Positions 47,658 through 57,052 of a stretch of 64,000 nt of DNA are shown here, in pieces; position 1 is the first letter of the stretch; each line of letters begins with the position of its first letter. Below the pieces are notes generated by a model, which saw nothing but the letters and a program-made list of their open reading frames with translations, was not told the DNA's origin and ran no database searches. The position numbers and the translations under genes were made by a program. The DNA is from Firmicutes bacterium UBA2203. GTDB lineage: Bacteria; Bacillota; Desulfotomaculia; Desulfotomaculales; Nap2-2B. Location: the NCBI GenBank assembly GCA_002327235.1, contig DCUX01000046.1, positions 4,032 through 68,031 of the forward strand. Reading direction: 5' to 3'.

Positions 47658-48386
47658 ATGAAAATGAAATGGTGGCGGTTCAAATTACTTATTCAGCTAA
47701 CGATAGTTAAGATTTTACAGTGGCTGGGGCAGCAACGCGAAGTTTATTATATCGGAAGCAGCGAGACTTTGCCCCCTCCCCTTACTATTGAGGAGGAATC
47801 TTATCTAATTAATAAACTTGAAGCCGGCGAGGGGGCTGTCCGGACTGTTTTAATTGAACGCAACCTAAGGCTGGTAGTTTATATTGCCCGAAAATTTGAA
47901 AATACCGGGGTAGATGTTGAAGATTTAATTTCTATCGGTACCATTGGTTTAATTAAGGCGGTTAACTCCTTTGACCCCGTCAAAAAAATTAAATTGGCCA
48001 CTTATGCCTCCCGCTGCATTGAAAATGAAATTTTAATGTACTTACGCCGTAATAACAAGACCCGCCTAGAAGTTTCTTTTGACGAGCCCCTAAGTATTGA
48101 TTGGGACGGAAACGAATTGCTTTTTTCTGATGTTTTAGGCACTGAAAACGATCTTACCTATAAAAGCTTAGAGGAAGAGGTAGATAAAAAAGTTCTTTTT
48201 CTGGCTCTGCAAAAACTTAATAAACGTGAGCGTAAGATTATGGAGTTACGTTACGGCTTAAACAACAATACCGAGAAAACCCAAAAAGAAGTAGCTGACT
48301 TGCTGGGTATCTCGCAGTCTTATATTTCCCGGTTGGAAAAAAGAATTATCTTTCGTTTGAGAAGAGAGATGCTCCGGATGGAATAA
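47658..48386 (+). CDS. sigE: Sporulation sigma factor E (pro-sigma-E)
   Basis: 242 aa. [13 protein letters not shown] pro-sequence junction and sigma-70 regions 2-4. Confidence 0.9.
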   Translation: MKMKWWRFKLLIQLTIVKILQWLGQQREVYYIGSSETLPPPLTIEEESYLINKLEAGEGAVRTVLIERNLRLVVYIARKFENTGVDVEDLISIGTIGLIKAVNSFDPVKKIKLATYASRCIENEILMYLRRNNKTRLEVSFDEPLSIDWDGNELLFSDVLGTENDLTYKSLEEEVDKKVLFLALQKLNKRERKIMELRYGLNNNTEKTQKEVADLLGISQSYISRLEKRIIFRLRREMLRME

Positions 48387-48430
48387 CCTAAGTAATTTAA
48401 GGGACAAAGTTTATAATAGTGGTGCCGTTG

Positions 48431-48596
48431 GTAGAGGCGTTTAATTTAATACCCCTACCAAGTGACACCAACTTGGTAGGTGCGCAAGTAGGGGCGTTAA
48501 ATTTAACGCCCCTATCGGTGCTTTTGGAGATTGGAAGTTGGAAGTTGGAACCAAAAAGTTCTAACCTCTAACCCCCAACCTCCAATTTCCAACTTC
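48431..48596. repeat. Repeat cluster: degenerate family-A palindrome (48431-48458), small hairpin, canonical family-A (48488-48515), family-B hexamer-periodic hairpin (48525-48596)
   Basis: GTAGAGGCGTTTAATTTAATACCCCTAC; GTAGGGGCGTTAAATTTAACGCCCCTAT; GGAGATTGGAAGTTGGAAGTTGGAAC...CCAACCTCCAATTTCCAACTTC. Confidence 0.8.
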
Positions 48597-48798
48597 AAAA
48601 AGGCAGGGTTTGCCTTTAGCCTAATCATATAGCATCTTTTTTGTTTCTCCTTGGTTAGCCAAGGGTTTTTTTATTTTTAACCTTTTTAGTTGTTTCATGG
48701 GAAAAGAATAAAACTATGTTATTAAGGCAATAATGAAATTGAGGTAATACGGAAAATAAGCTAAAAAAGATTAAAAAATTAGGAGTGAAGGAACAACG

Positions 48799-49572
48799 AT
48801 GTTGGTGAATAAGGTAGAAATATGCGGGGTAAATACATCAAAGCTCCCGGTACTTACCGAAAACCAAAAGCGTCAGTTGTTCGAAGCGATGCAGCAGGGA
48901 GATCTTTCAGCCCGGACAAACCTTATTAACGGAAACCTTCGCCTGGTCCTAAGCGTTATTCAGCGTTTTGGCAACCGGGGGGAATATGTGGATGATTTAT
49001 TTCAAGTTGGTTGTATTGGTTTAATAAAAGCAATTGATAATTTTGATTTATCTCAAAACGTAAAATTTTCTACTTACGCTGTTCCTATGATTATTGGCGA
49101 AATACGGCGTTATTTACGGGATAATAATTCGGTCCGGGTTAGCCGTTCCTTACGGGATACAGCTTATAAAGCCCTACAAGTCAGGGATAACCTGGTTAAC
49201 CGGCATTCCCGGGAACCTTCAATTAACGAAATTGCCCGCGAGTTAAAAATGCCCAGGGAAGAGATTGTTTTTGCTTTGGATGCTATTCAAGAACCTATTT
49301 CTCTTTTTGAGCCTGTTTACCATGACGATGGTGACCCTATTTACATAATGGATCAAATAAACGACGAAAAAAGCCAGGACTTATACTGGCTGGAAAATAT
49401 AGCTATTCAAGATGCCTTGCGCAAATTGAGTAACCGGGAAAAACTTATTCTCAATTTGCGCTTTTACGCGGGTAAGACACAAATGGAAGTAGCCGAAGAG
49501 ATTGGAATTTCCCAAGCCCAGGTTTCCCGACTGGAAAAAGCCGCCTTAAATCATATCCGTAAATACCTGTGA
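48799..49572 (+). CDS. sigG: Sporulation sigma factor G
   Basis: 257 aa. N-terminal NKVEICGVNTSKLPVL is diagnostic of SigG. Follows sigE. Confidence 0.9.
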   Translation: MLVNKVEICGVNTSKLPVLTENQKRQLFEAMQQGDLSARTNLINGNLRLVLSVIQRFGNRGEYVDDLFQVGCIGLIKAIDNFDLSQNVKFSTYAVPMIIGEIRRYLRDNNSVRVSRSLRDTAYKALQVRDNLVNRHSREPSINEIARELKMPREEIVFALDAIQEPISLFEPVYHDDGDPIYIMDQINDEKSQDLYWLENIAIQDALRKLSNREKLILNLRFYAGKTQMEVAEEIGISQAQVSRLEKAALNHIRKYL

Positions 49573-49581
49573 ATACCAGGT

Positions 49582-50445
49582 TTGAAAAAGCAAAACCATG
49601 GGAAAACTAACGTTAAAAGTACTTCAAAAAGTATCTTAATTAAGAAGGGACAGGGGCTTATGATTAATAACAACAAAAAAACGCAAAAATATCGAAAATA
49701 TACGGTGATAGGGCTGGTAGGCTTATTAGCCTTAGGACTGGGGCTGAGTGGTTTTTGGTTACACCGGCAAAATGACCAGACTTGTTTTTACCCCGGCTTG
49801 ATTCGCTTTCACGTAATTGCCAACAGCAACAGCGTGGTTGACCAGGCCTTAAAATATCAGGTGCGTGACGTAATTATTAAAGATATGTCTGATAAATTTA
49901 CCGGGGTAAAAGATATAACCACGGCAAGAAAAGTTGCTCAGGTAAATTTAAAGCGTATTCACGATTTAACGAGACAACAAATAAGTAACGAAGGTAAAAA
50001 TTATTCGGCAAGGGTAGAAATGGGAAGATATTTTTTCCCGCCCCGGAAATACAAGTATAAGGTAGCTAGTATGACTAATGTTTCAACCCGGGAAATAACC
50101 TTACCGGCCGGCCGTTATGAAACAGTCCGGGTGGTTATTGGTCAGGGTAAAGGGGATAATTGGTGGTGTGTTTTGTTCCCTCCTTTATGTTTAACTGACC
50201 CGGTAGGAGTTGTTAAAACCACAAAATCACCGTCAAAGGCAAAGGAAACAGAGCCGGCCTTTCGTTTGGATACACCGCAAACAATAACCGCCTGGGCGCC
50301 AATACCGGCGGAAGCAAAGGAAAAAACGCCGGCTGAAGCTAAGGATAAAGCATCGTTAGTTAAAAAGACTCAAAAAACACAGGTTGAATTTCGCTTTAAG
50401 TCCTTGGAATTAATCCGTCAGGCCATAGCCCGGTGGAAGAGCTAA
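49582..50445 (+). CDS. spoIIR: Stage II sporulation protein R
   Basis: IRFHVIANSNS..DQALKYQVRD and GDNWWCVLFPPLC motifs. Lys/Ala/Glu-rich repeat tail. The true start may be the internal ATG (MINNNKK). Confidence 0.8.
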   Translation: MKKQNHGKTNVKSTSKSILIKKGQGLMINNNKKTQKYRKYTVIGLVGLLALGLGLSGFWLHRQNDQTCFYPGLIRFHVIANSNSVVDQALKYQVRDVIIKDMSDKFTGVKDITTARKVAQVNLKRIHDLTRQQISNEGKNYSARVEMGRYFFPPRKYKYKVASMTNVSTREITLPAGRYETVRVVIGQGKGDNWWCVLFPPLCLTDPVGVVKTTKSPSKAKETEPAFRLDTPQTITAWAPIPAEAKEKTPAEAKDKASLVKKTQKTQVEFRFKSLELIRQAIARWKS

Positions 50446-50478
50446 GGTAAAAAAGTCACATCATCATTAATAATTTTG

Positions 50479-50514
50479 TAGGGGTTATAGGGGCGTTAAA
50501 TTTAACGCTCCTAA
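50479..50514. repeat. Family-A palindrome (ATAGGGGCGTTAAATTTAACGCTCCTAA) preceded by a partial GTAGGGGTT duplication
   Basis: 25/28 match to the canonical 28-mer. Confidence 0.75.
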
Positions 50515-50581
50515 TTATTATTTATTATGGTCTACCCAGCCCTCTTTTTAACATAAATATGTACAAGGGGGTGCGGGTAAA

Positions 50582-50827
50582 ATGATCAAAATTTCTGATT
50601 TACGGGTGCGTGAAGTAATTAATATCGTTGATGGGCGGCGCTTGGGACCGGTAAAAGATATTGACCTTGACTTGACCAAAGGTTACCTGAGCGCTTTAAT
50701 TTTGCCCGGACAAAGCCATTTTTTTAGGGGATTTTTTGGCCGGGAAGAGGAAATAATTGTACCCTGGGAAAAGATTGTTAAAATTGGGGTAGACGTAATA
50801 CTGGTTGAATTGGGCAACGGCGGCTAA
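50582..50827 (+). CDS. YlmC/YmxH family sporulation protein (PRC-barrel)
   Basis: 81 aa. The ISDLR.REVINI.DGRRLG...D.D.D pattern. Confidence 0.85.
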   Translation: MIKISDLRVREVINIVDGRRLGPVKDIDLDLTKGYLSALILPGQSHFFRGFFGREEEIIVPWEKIVKIGVDVILVELGNGG

Positions 50828-50917
50828 ACTTTATTTATGCCATTAATAGATAAGGCCCGGTTTTATTGAAAATCACACTCCTTTAACCGTAAACAAAAAA
50901 TAAATTAATAAAAAATG

Positions 50918-50946
50918 TTGCCAAGCAAAAAGTCTTGTGTTAAAAT
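50918..50946 (+). promoter_or_regulatory. Candidate sigma-A promoter TTGCCA-17 nt-TAAAAT
   Basis: Read directly. Lies 220 nt upstream of the pan operon and about 75 nt upstream of two tandem hairpins. Confidence 0.4.
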
Positions 50947-51019
50947 TTTTTCGAGGATAAAATCAACAAAGAAGTATACCTCAAGAATAACTAATTAAAA
51001 AGATTAATACGAAAGTTAT

Positions 51020-51053
51020 CCGCTTGGAGCCAAATGGACCAAGACGGTTTTTT
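51020..51053 (+). terminator. Hairpin with bulged A followed by T6 run
   Basis: CCGCTTGG...CCAAGACGG stem (A51044 bulged) followed by TTTTTT. Confidence 0.55.
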
Positions 51054-51066
51054 GGTCAATGGAATG

Positions 51067-51091
51067 CTTACGGGTAGCCGTAAGTTTTTTT
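51067..51091 (+). terminator. Perfect 7-bp hairpin CTTACGG-GTAG-CCGTAAG followed by T7 run
   Basis: Read directly. Second of two tandem terminator-like hairpins 75 nt before the pan operon start. Confidence 0.65.
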
Positions 51092-51165
51092 ATGTATTAT
51101 GTGTTCAGAAAATTAAAAATTTTAAAATAGCCTAAAAATTTCAAGTTTTAAGGAAATAAAAGCAA

Positions 51166-52083
51166 ATGTTAAAACCTTCATTTGTCTTAATAGGGTGCGG
51201 TAAGGTAGGTAGTGCTCTAGCCTGTCTTTTGCAAGAAAAAAATTACCCGCTAGTTGGGGTAGCGAGTAAAAGCCTTGCTTCGGCTCAAAGATTAGCTGAA
51301 AAATTAAATTGTCAAGCCGCAAATAAACCAGAAAAAATAACCCCTCAAGCAGAGCTGGTTTTTATTACTACGCCTGACCGGGAGATTGCTCAGGTGGCCC
51401 AAAGGGTAGCTAAAAAAGGAGGTTTTCACCGAGGCCAAGTAGTTATTCATACCAGTGGTGTTTGTGAGGCCGGCGAATTACGTGGGGTACGGGAAGCAGG
51501 GGCCTTTGCCGCATCCATGCACCCAATTCAAGCGGTAGCTGATGTAGAAACAGCCCTTAAGAATTTACCGGGCTCTTATTTTGCCCTGGAAGGAGATACC
51601 GAGGCTTTACCGGTAGTAACCACCTTAGTTTCTGATTTAGGAGGACGTTTTTTCTTTATTCAGGCTAAAGATAAGCCTCTTTACCATACCGCGGCCTGCG
51701 TAATTTCAAACTATTTAGTGGGTTTGGCTCATTTTAGTACGGGATTATATCAAAGTTTTGGCTTGTCAAGAAAAGAGGCTTTTCAAGCCTTGTTACCTCT
51801 TATTCGGGGTACGCTTGATAACATTGAGCAAAATGGTCCTATCTTAGCTCTTACCGGGCCGGTAGATAGAGATGACGAAGAAACCATTAAAAGTCATTTA
51901 AATGCATTAACGCAAAAAGTGACCCAGGAGGAAATTAATCTATACTGTGCTCTTGGGCTATACATCATTTCTATTGCCCGGGAAAAGGGGAGTCTTAACG
52001 CTGAGCAGGCCGCAAGATTACAGACAATTTTTACTACAGGAAGAATTCAGCCGCGTATTTTAGAAAGGCTAAAAATCAAGTAG
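51166..52083 (+). CDS. Rossmann-fold / DUF2520-type protein, putative ketopantoate reductase-like first gene of the pan operon
   Basis: 305 aa. N-terminal IGCGKVGSALA dinucleotide-binding motif. The position upstream of panBCD suggests a role in pantoate synthesis (inference). Confidence 0.6.
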   Translation: MLKPSFVLIGCGKVGSALACLLQEKNYPLVGVASKSLASAQRLAEKLNCQAANKPEKITPQAELVFITTPDREIAQVAQRVAKKGGFHRGQVVIHTSGVCEAGELRGVREAGAFAASMHPIQAVADVETALKNLPGSYFALEGDTEALPVVTTLVSDLGGRFFFIQAKDKPLYHTAACVISNYLVGLAHFSTGLYQSFGLSRKEAFQALLPLIRGTLDNIEQNGPILALTGPVDRDDEETIKSHLNALTQKVTQEEINLYCALGLYIISIAREKGSLNAEQAARLQTIFTTGRIQPRILERLKIK

Positions 52084-52107
52084 GGGCGTTAAATTTAACG
52101 CCCCTAC
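52080..52107. repeat. Family-A 28-bp palindrome (canonical)
   Basis: GTAGGGGCGTTAAATTTAACGCCCCTAC. Its TAG (52081-52083) is the stop codon of the preceding gene. Confidence 0.9.
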
Positions 52108-52136
52108 AAGGGTCGTCTTAAAAGGGGGATGTATTT

Positions 52137-52985
52137 TTGAATAAGCAAGTAACTACGGCCTACTTTAGGCAGGCTAAAAAAGAAGGCCAACCAATTACGA
52201 TGCTTACGGCCTATGATTACGCGATGGCCAGGCTTACAGACGCTGCCGGAATAGATGCTATTTTAGTCGGCGATTCCTTGGGTAATGTAATGCTGGGTTA
52301 TAATTCTACTATTCCGGTAACTATGGATGATATGATTCATCACCTTAAAGCAGTATGCCGGGGGGTAAACAGGGCCATGGTAGTTGGTGACTTGCCTTTT
52401 CTTTCTTATCACGGCTCTCTTGAGCAAAGCATAAAAAATGCCGGTCGTATCTTGCAAGAAGGCGGGGCCCAGGCCGTTAAATTAGAAGGGGGACAAGAAG
52501 TTGTACCGGTGATTCGGACCCTTACGGCAGCCGGGATTCCGGTTATGGGTCATTTGGGTCTTACCCCCCAGTCAATTTACCAGTTTGGCGGCTATAAGGT
52601 ACAAGGTAAAGAAGAAGCTGCCGCCAGAAAGCTTATTTATGATGCCCGTGCTCTTCAAGAGGCCGGGGTTTTTGCTTTGGTTTTAGAATGTATCCCGGCT
52701 GCGTTGGCCCGCTATTTGACTGAAAAATTAACTGTTCCTACCATTGGGATTGGGGCAGGGGTAGACTGCAATGGGCAGATTTTGGTAATTCATGATTTAC
52801 TTGGTATGCTTGAGGGACAAGCTCCCAAGTTTGTAAAACAATACGCTAAATTAAGGGAAGAAATTGTTCAGGCTATTCAAACTTACCGGGCAGAAGTACA
52901 AAATAGTATTTTTCCCGGTTCGGAACAAAGTTACACTATGGCTAAAGAAGTTATCGATAAGATAGTAACGGAAGAATTTCTTTAA
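52137..52985 (+). CDS. panB: 3-methyl-2-oxobutanoate hydroxymethyltransferase
   Basis: 282 aa. MLTAYDY, LVGDSLG and KLEGG motifs. Confidence 0.9.
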   Translation: MNKQVTTAYFRQAKKEGQPITMLTAYDYAMARLTDAAGIDAILVGDSLGNVMLGYNSTIPVTMDDMIHHLKAVCRGVNRAMVVGDLPFLSYHGSLEQSIKNAGRILQEGGAQAVKLEGGQEVVPVIRTLTAAGIPVMGHLGLTPQSIYQFGGYKVQGKEEAAARKLIYDARALQEAGVFALVLECIPAALARYLTEKLTVPTIGIGAGVDCNGQILVIHDLLGMLEGQAPKFVKQYAKLREEIVQAIQTYRAEVQNSIFPGSEQSYTMAKEVIDKIVTEEFL

Positions 52986-53004
52986 AAGATAATTATTCAA
53001 TGAT

Positions 53005-53024
53005 AGGTCAACCGTCCCGGTTGA
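53005..53024. repeat. Family-C hairpin in inverse orientation (AGGTCAACCGTCCCGGTTGA)
   Basis: Reverse-complement form of GGTCAACCGGGACGGTTGACC. Confidence 0.7.
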
Positions 53025-53050
53025 TAAAAACAATAGATGGAGCGTAAAAA

Positions 53051-53926
53051 GTGTTAGTTTGCCATACAATTAACGAAATAAAATCTTTTATCCGTCAAGC
53101 CGCGTCTTTGGGAAAAACAATTGGTTTTGTTCCCACTATGGGTTATTTCCACGCCGGCCATTTAGCTTTAATGAGTGAAGCGAAAAAAACCTGTGGCGTG
53201 GTGGTATGCAGTATTTTTGTAAACCAACTCCAGTTTGGTCCGCAAGAAGATTTTGCCTGCTACCCCCGGGATATTGAGCGGGATAAAAGATTAGCTGAAG
53301 AAGTTGGAGTAGATGCTATATTTATTCCCTCGGCGGAAGAAATGTACCCCCCCCGTTTTTCTACCTTTGTGGAGACAAAAAAAATAACCGATTGTTTGTG
53401 TGGAAAGTCGCGGCCTGGTCATTTTCGGGGGGTAACTACGGTAGTAACCAAGCTTTTTAATATTATCCAACCTAATATGGCTTTTTTTGGTCAAAAGGAT
53501 TTTCAGCAAGCGGCTACTATTCAAAGAATGGTGGAAGACCTTAACATTGAGGTAAAAATAGTGCTTGTGCCTACCGTGCGGGATAAAGATGGCTTAGCGT
53601 TGAGTTCACGAAATATTTACCTTAAAGGCGCTCAAAGACAGGCCGCCTTAAACATCCCCCGTAGCCTGGCTTTGGCGGCCCAAGCAGTAGAAAATGGCGA
53701 AAGGGACCCGGCTAAAGTAAAAATGGCCGTTTGTAATAAGCTAACCGCCGAGCCTTTAGTAGAAATAGATTATGTAGAAATTTATTCCTTGCCCTATTTA
53801 GAGGAAATAAGTCTTTTGCAAGGAGAGGTTCTTTTAGCTATAGCCGCTAAAATTGGTAAGACCAGGCTAATTGATAATCTGGTTTTAAAAGTACCAGATA
53901 ATGGTCAATCATCCCCTAAGAGGTGA
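53051..53926 (+). CDS. panC: Pantoate-beta-alanine ligase
   Basis: 291 aa. VPTMGYFHAGHL and FGQKDFQQ motifs. Confidence 0.9.
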   Translation: MLVCHTINEIKSFIRQAASLGKTIGFVPTMGYFHAGHLALMSEAKKTCGVVVCSIFVNQLQFGPQEDFACYPRDIERDKRLAEEVGVDAIFIPSAEEMYPPRFSTFVETKKITDCLCGKSRPGHFRGVTTVVTKLFNIIQPNMAFFGQKDFQQAATIQRMVEDLNIEVKIVLVPTVRDKDGLALSSRNIYLKGAQRQAALNIPRSLALAAQAVENGERDPAKVKMAVCNKLTAEPLVEIDYVEIYSLPYLEEISLLQGEVLLAIAAKIGKTRLIDNLVLKVPDNGQSSPKR

Positions 53927-53931
53927 TTTAA

Positions 53932-54303
53932 TTGTTTTTAACCATGTTGAAATCTAAAATTCACCGGGCCACGGTAACAGAGGCAAACTTGAATTACACC
54001 GGTAGTATTACTATTGACCAGACTTTGCTTGAAGCAAGCAATATTCTGCCTCACGAGAAAGTACAGGTAGTCAACATTAATAATGGCGCGCGCTTTGAGA
54101 CTTATGTAATTACCGGTCCGCCAAATTCAGGAGTGGTTTGTTTAAATGGGGCCGCCGCTAGATTGGTGCAGCCCGGTGATATGATCATTATTATTTCTTA
54201 TATGCTGGTAACTGCAGAAGAGGCGCAAGCTATTAAGCCTACCATCGTGATGGTAAACGAACAAAATCAAATTACGGAAGTAGGCCGATCTGGCGAGAAG
54301 TGA
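53932..54303 (+). CDS. panD: Aspartate 1-decarboxylase
   Basis: [12 protein letters not shown] start and YTGSITID self-processing site. Confidence 0.9.
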   Translation: MFLTMLKSKIHRATVTEANLNYTGSITIDQTLLEASNILPHEKVQVVNINNGARFETYVITGPPNSGVVCLNGAAARLVQPGDMIIIISYMLVTAEEAQAIKPTIVMVNEQNQITEVGRSGEK

Positions 54304-54417
54304 GAGGTGAAAAGTCGGAAAGGAGAATAAGAAGGGATTTGGTGGTGCCGAATCTCCCTATTAAAGTTCTACCTCCAACTTCTGTTTTTGTCAACCGGGA
54401 CGGTTGACCTACCATTT
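54303..54417. repeat. Degenerate family-B arm(s) plus family-C palindrome (54390-54417)
   Basis: ...GATTTGGTGGTGCC...AGTTCTACCTCCAACTTC...GTCAACCGGGACGGTTGACCTACCATTT. Same module order, inverted, as at 56087-56185. Confidence 0.65.
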
Positions 54418-54467
54418 CTTATCCACGGCCGAACAAACAACCCAGCAAAGGGTTTTAATGAGTTTTA

Positions 54468-56075
54468 ATGAGTTTTAAGGAGGAAGTATATTTGTTCAAA
54501 CCCTATTTAGTAAATTTTGATACCCGGCAGTTACCGGTGGAAACATATGAATATGTTATTATTGGCGGGGGTATTGCCGGGTTATATACGGCTTGTAAAG
54601 TGGCCCGGGAGGGGGGACAGGTTTTGGTCCTTACCAAGCATACCCTGGAAGATACCAGCACTGATAAGGCCCAAGGGGGAATCGCGGCTGCTTTAGGTCA
54701 ATCTGATTCACCGGAATTGCACTTTAAAGATACTATTTTTGCCGGGGCAGGATTATGCGATCCTAAAGCAGTTGAAATATTGGTTAATGAAGGGGTAAGC
54801 CGGGTTAAAGAATTGATTGAGTGGGGGGCTCAGTTTGACTACGATGAAGGGGAGTTGGCGTTAACCAGGGAAGGAGCGCATAGCCAGCGTCGCATTTTGC
54901 ACGCGGCCGGTGACGCTACCGGAGCAGAAATTCAACGTGCTCTTGCCTACCAGGCCAATCAAATTCCTAACCTTAAAATATACGAAAACTATTTTGTAGT
55001 AGATTTACTGGTAGCCGATGATATTTGTTACGGAGTCCTGGCCTGGGATAATGTTAACCAGTGTTTTAAGGTGTTTTACGGCCGGGTGGTTGTTCTGGCT
55101 ACCGGTGGTACGGGCCAGGTATACGAACATAATACTAATCCTGAAATAGCTACGGGTGATGGTATTGCCATGGCTTATCGGGCCGGGGCGGAAGTTATGG
55201 ACATGGAATTTATCCAGTTCCATCCCACCGTGCTTTGTTTACCCGGGGCGCCCTCTTTTTTAATTTCTGAGGCCGTACGTGGTGAAGGCGCCCGGTTGCG
55301 AAATTGTTACGGCGAGCAGTTTATGCCATGTTATCATCAATTGGCAGAGTTAGCCCCCCGCGATATAGTGGTCCAAAGTATGCTTAAAGAAATGGTCCGG
55401 ACAGGTTCAAAAAACGTTTTTTTAGACCTGTCTCCCCTACCGGCGGAGGTAATCCAGCAACGTTTTCCTAATATCACCCGTACATGCGCTACTTACGGCC
55501 TGGATATTACTAAGGACCCTATCCCGGTTGCTCCGGCGGCTCATTATATGATGGGAGGGGTAAAAACTAATCTGCACGGTGAAACCAACATCAAGGGGCT
55601 TTACGCTTGCGGCGAGGTAGCCTGCCAGGGGGTCCACGGGGCTAATCGCCTGGCTAGCAATTCTTTACTGGATGGCTTGGTTTTTGGTTTTCGGATTGTA
55701 AAAGAAAGTATGCGTTTTTTAACCAGTTACGTTCCTTCGTCAGTTGAATTCGTTTGTAATTATTTAAAACCGCCTGAGGAAATAAAAATAAATGGCCTAA
55801 CGCGTGAGTTACGGGCGGTAATGAATAAATGTGCCGGTCCTGTTCGCTCATGCCAAAGATTAACGGGAGCTTTAAGTTTTTTTGAAAACCAGGCTGATTT
55901 GTTCTTAAGTGAAGCAAAAAATATCGCCGAAATGGAGTTACGTAATATGCTCCTGGTTGGTCAACTAATTTGTGAGGCCGCTTTAATGAGGACAGAAAGC
56001 CGGGGGGCGCATTACCGGGAAGATCATCCTGCCGCAAGTGAGCGGTGGGTTAAACATATAATTTTACGTTTATAG
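54468..56075 (+). CDS. nadB: L-aspartate oxidase
   Basis: 535 aa. YVIIGGGIAGL FAD motif and the HYMMGG / RGAHYRED motifs. A likelier start is TTG 54492, 8 nt after AAGGAGG. ATG 54468 lies in a 10-bp tandem repeat (AGTTTTAATG x2). Confidence 0.9.
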   Translation: MSFKEEVYLFKPYLVNFDTRQLPVETYEYVIIGGGIAGLYTACKVAREGGQVLVLTKHTLEDTSTDKAQGGIAAALGQSDSPELHFKDTIFAGAGLCDPKAVEILVNEGVSRVKELIEWGAQFDYDEGELALTREGAHSQRRILHAAGDATGAEIQRALAYQANQIPNLKIYENYFVVDLLVADDICYGVLAWDNVNQCFKVFYGRVVVLATGGTGQVYEHNTNPEIATGDGIAMAYRAGAEVMDMEFIQFHPTVLCLPGAPSFLISEAVRGEGARLRNCYGEQFMPCYHQLAELAPRDIVVQSMLKEMVRTGSKNVFLDLSPLPAEVIQQRFPNITRTCATYGLDITKDPIPVAPAAHYMMGGVKTNLHGETNIKGLYACGEVACQGVHGANRLASNSLLDGLVFGFRIVKESMRFLTSYVPSSVEFVCNYLKPPEEIKINGLTRELRAVMNKCAGPVRSCQRLTGALSFFENQADLFLSEAKNIAEMELRNMLLVGQLICEAALMRTESRGAHYREDHPAASERWVKHIILRL

Positions 56076-56193
56076 GGCGTTAATTTAGGTCAACCGGGAC
56101 GGTTGACCTACCATTTTGGTGGTAAGAGGTTGGAGGTTGGAACTTCTTGATTCCAACTTCCAACTTCCAACTTCCAACTTCCAATCGGAGGTG
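56072..56193. repeat. Mosaic repeat block: family-A half-site (56072-56087), family-C palindrome (56087-56117), family-B hairpin (56125-56185) ending in CCAATCGGAGGTG
   Basis: TATAGGGCGTTAATTTA; AGGTCAACCGGGACGGTTGACCTACCATTTT; GAGGTTGGAGGTTGGAAC...TTCCAACTTCCAACTTCCAACTTCCAATCGGAGGTG. Contains the nadB TAG stop and the nadC SD. Confidence 0.8.
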
Positions 56194-56203
56194 GGTTTAA
56201 AAA

Positions 56204-57052
56204 GTGACTTTAAGTTTTAATATTTTAAGAGAAATAATTGACCGTGCCCTGCATGAGGATATTGGCCCCGGTGATATAACTACTTCAAGCGTAATCGATC
56301 CTGACTTAACTGGCAGAGGCTATATCCGGACCAAAGAAAAGGGTGTAATGGCGGGATTACCTGTGGCGGCTGCTGTTTTTCAGCGTTTGGACCAGGAAAT
56401 ATTATTTACCCCTCAAGTTCGTGAGGGAACTTACGCTAGCGCCGCGCAAATAGTGGCGGTGGTAGAAGGCAGGTTACAGTCTATATTGAGCGGGGAGCGC
56501 TTGGCCTTAAACTTTTTACAGCGCCTATCGGGCATTGCCACCTATACAGCCACCCTTAAAGAAATAATTAAAGATTTTCCGGTAAATATTATTGATACCC
56601 GCAAAACAATCCCGGGATTACGGGTTTTGGAAAAGTACGCCGTACGCGTGGGTGGGGGATATAACCACCGTTTTGGTTTATTTGACGGCATACTAATTAA
56701 AAACAACCATCTTAAGATTGCCGGAGGTGTTACCCGGGCCGTCCAAAAGGCGCGTAAAAATATATCCCCGCTAATAAAGATTGAGGTAGAAGTGGAGGAT
56801 TTAGCCGGGGTGGAGGAAGCGCTGGCGGCGGGGGTAGATATTATTATGCTGGATAATATGGCTCCGGAAGTTATGCGTCAGGCCGTAAAGATAATTGACG
56901 GACGGGCCCGTACAGAAGCTTCAGGGAAAGTTAATGAAGCAAATATTTTAGAGGTGGCAAAATCGGGGGTTGATTTCATTTCGGTAGGGGCAATTACACA
57001 TTCAGCCAGGGCCTTAGACATTAGCTTAAGCGCCGTGCTTGCTGGCAGGTAG
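56204..57052 (+). CDS. nadC: Nicotinate-nucleotide pyrophosphorylase (carboxylating)
   Basis: 282 aa. GTG start. ...ERLALNFLQRLSGIAT..., DTRKT.PG.R and IMLDNM motifs. Confidence 0.9.
   Translation: MTLSFNILREIIDRALHEDIGPGDITTSSVIDPDLTGRGYIRTKEKGVMAGLPVAAAVFQRLDQEILFTPQVREGTYASAAQIVAVVEGRLQSILSGERLALNFLQRLSGIATYTATLKEIIKDFPVNIIDTRKTIPGLRVLEKYAVRVGGGYNHRFGLFDGILIKNNHLKIAGGVTRAVQKARKNISPLIKIEVEVEDLAGVEEALAAGVDIIMLDNMAPEVMRQAVKIIDGRARTEASGKVNEANILEVAKSGVDFISVGAITHSARALDISLSAVLAGR

Noticed and set aside
54451-54480. Tandem 10-bp repeat AGTTTTAATG x2 (+AGTTTTAAGG) upstream of nadB
   Set aside because: It is a small local duplication. It only affects which start codon the ORF track picks (TTG 54492 is likelier) and is not a feature of interest in itself.
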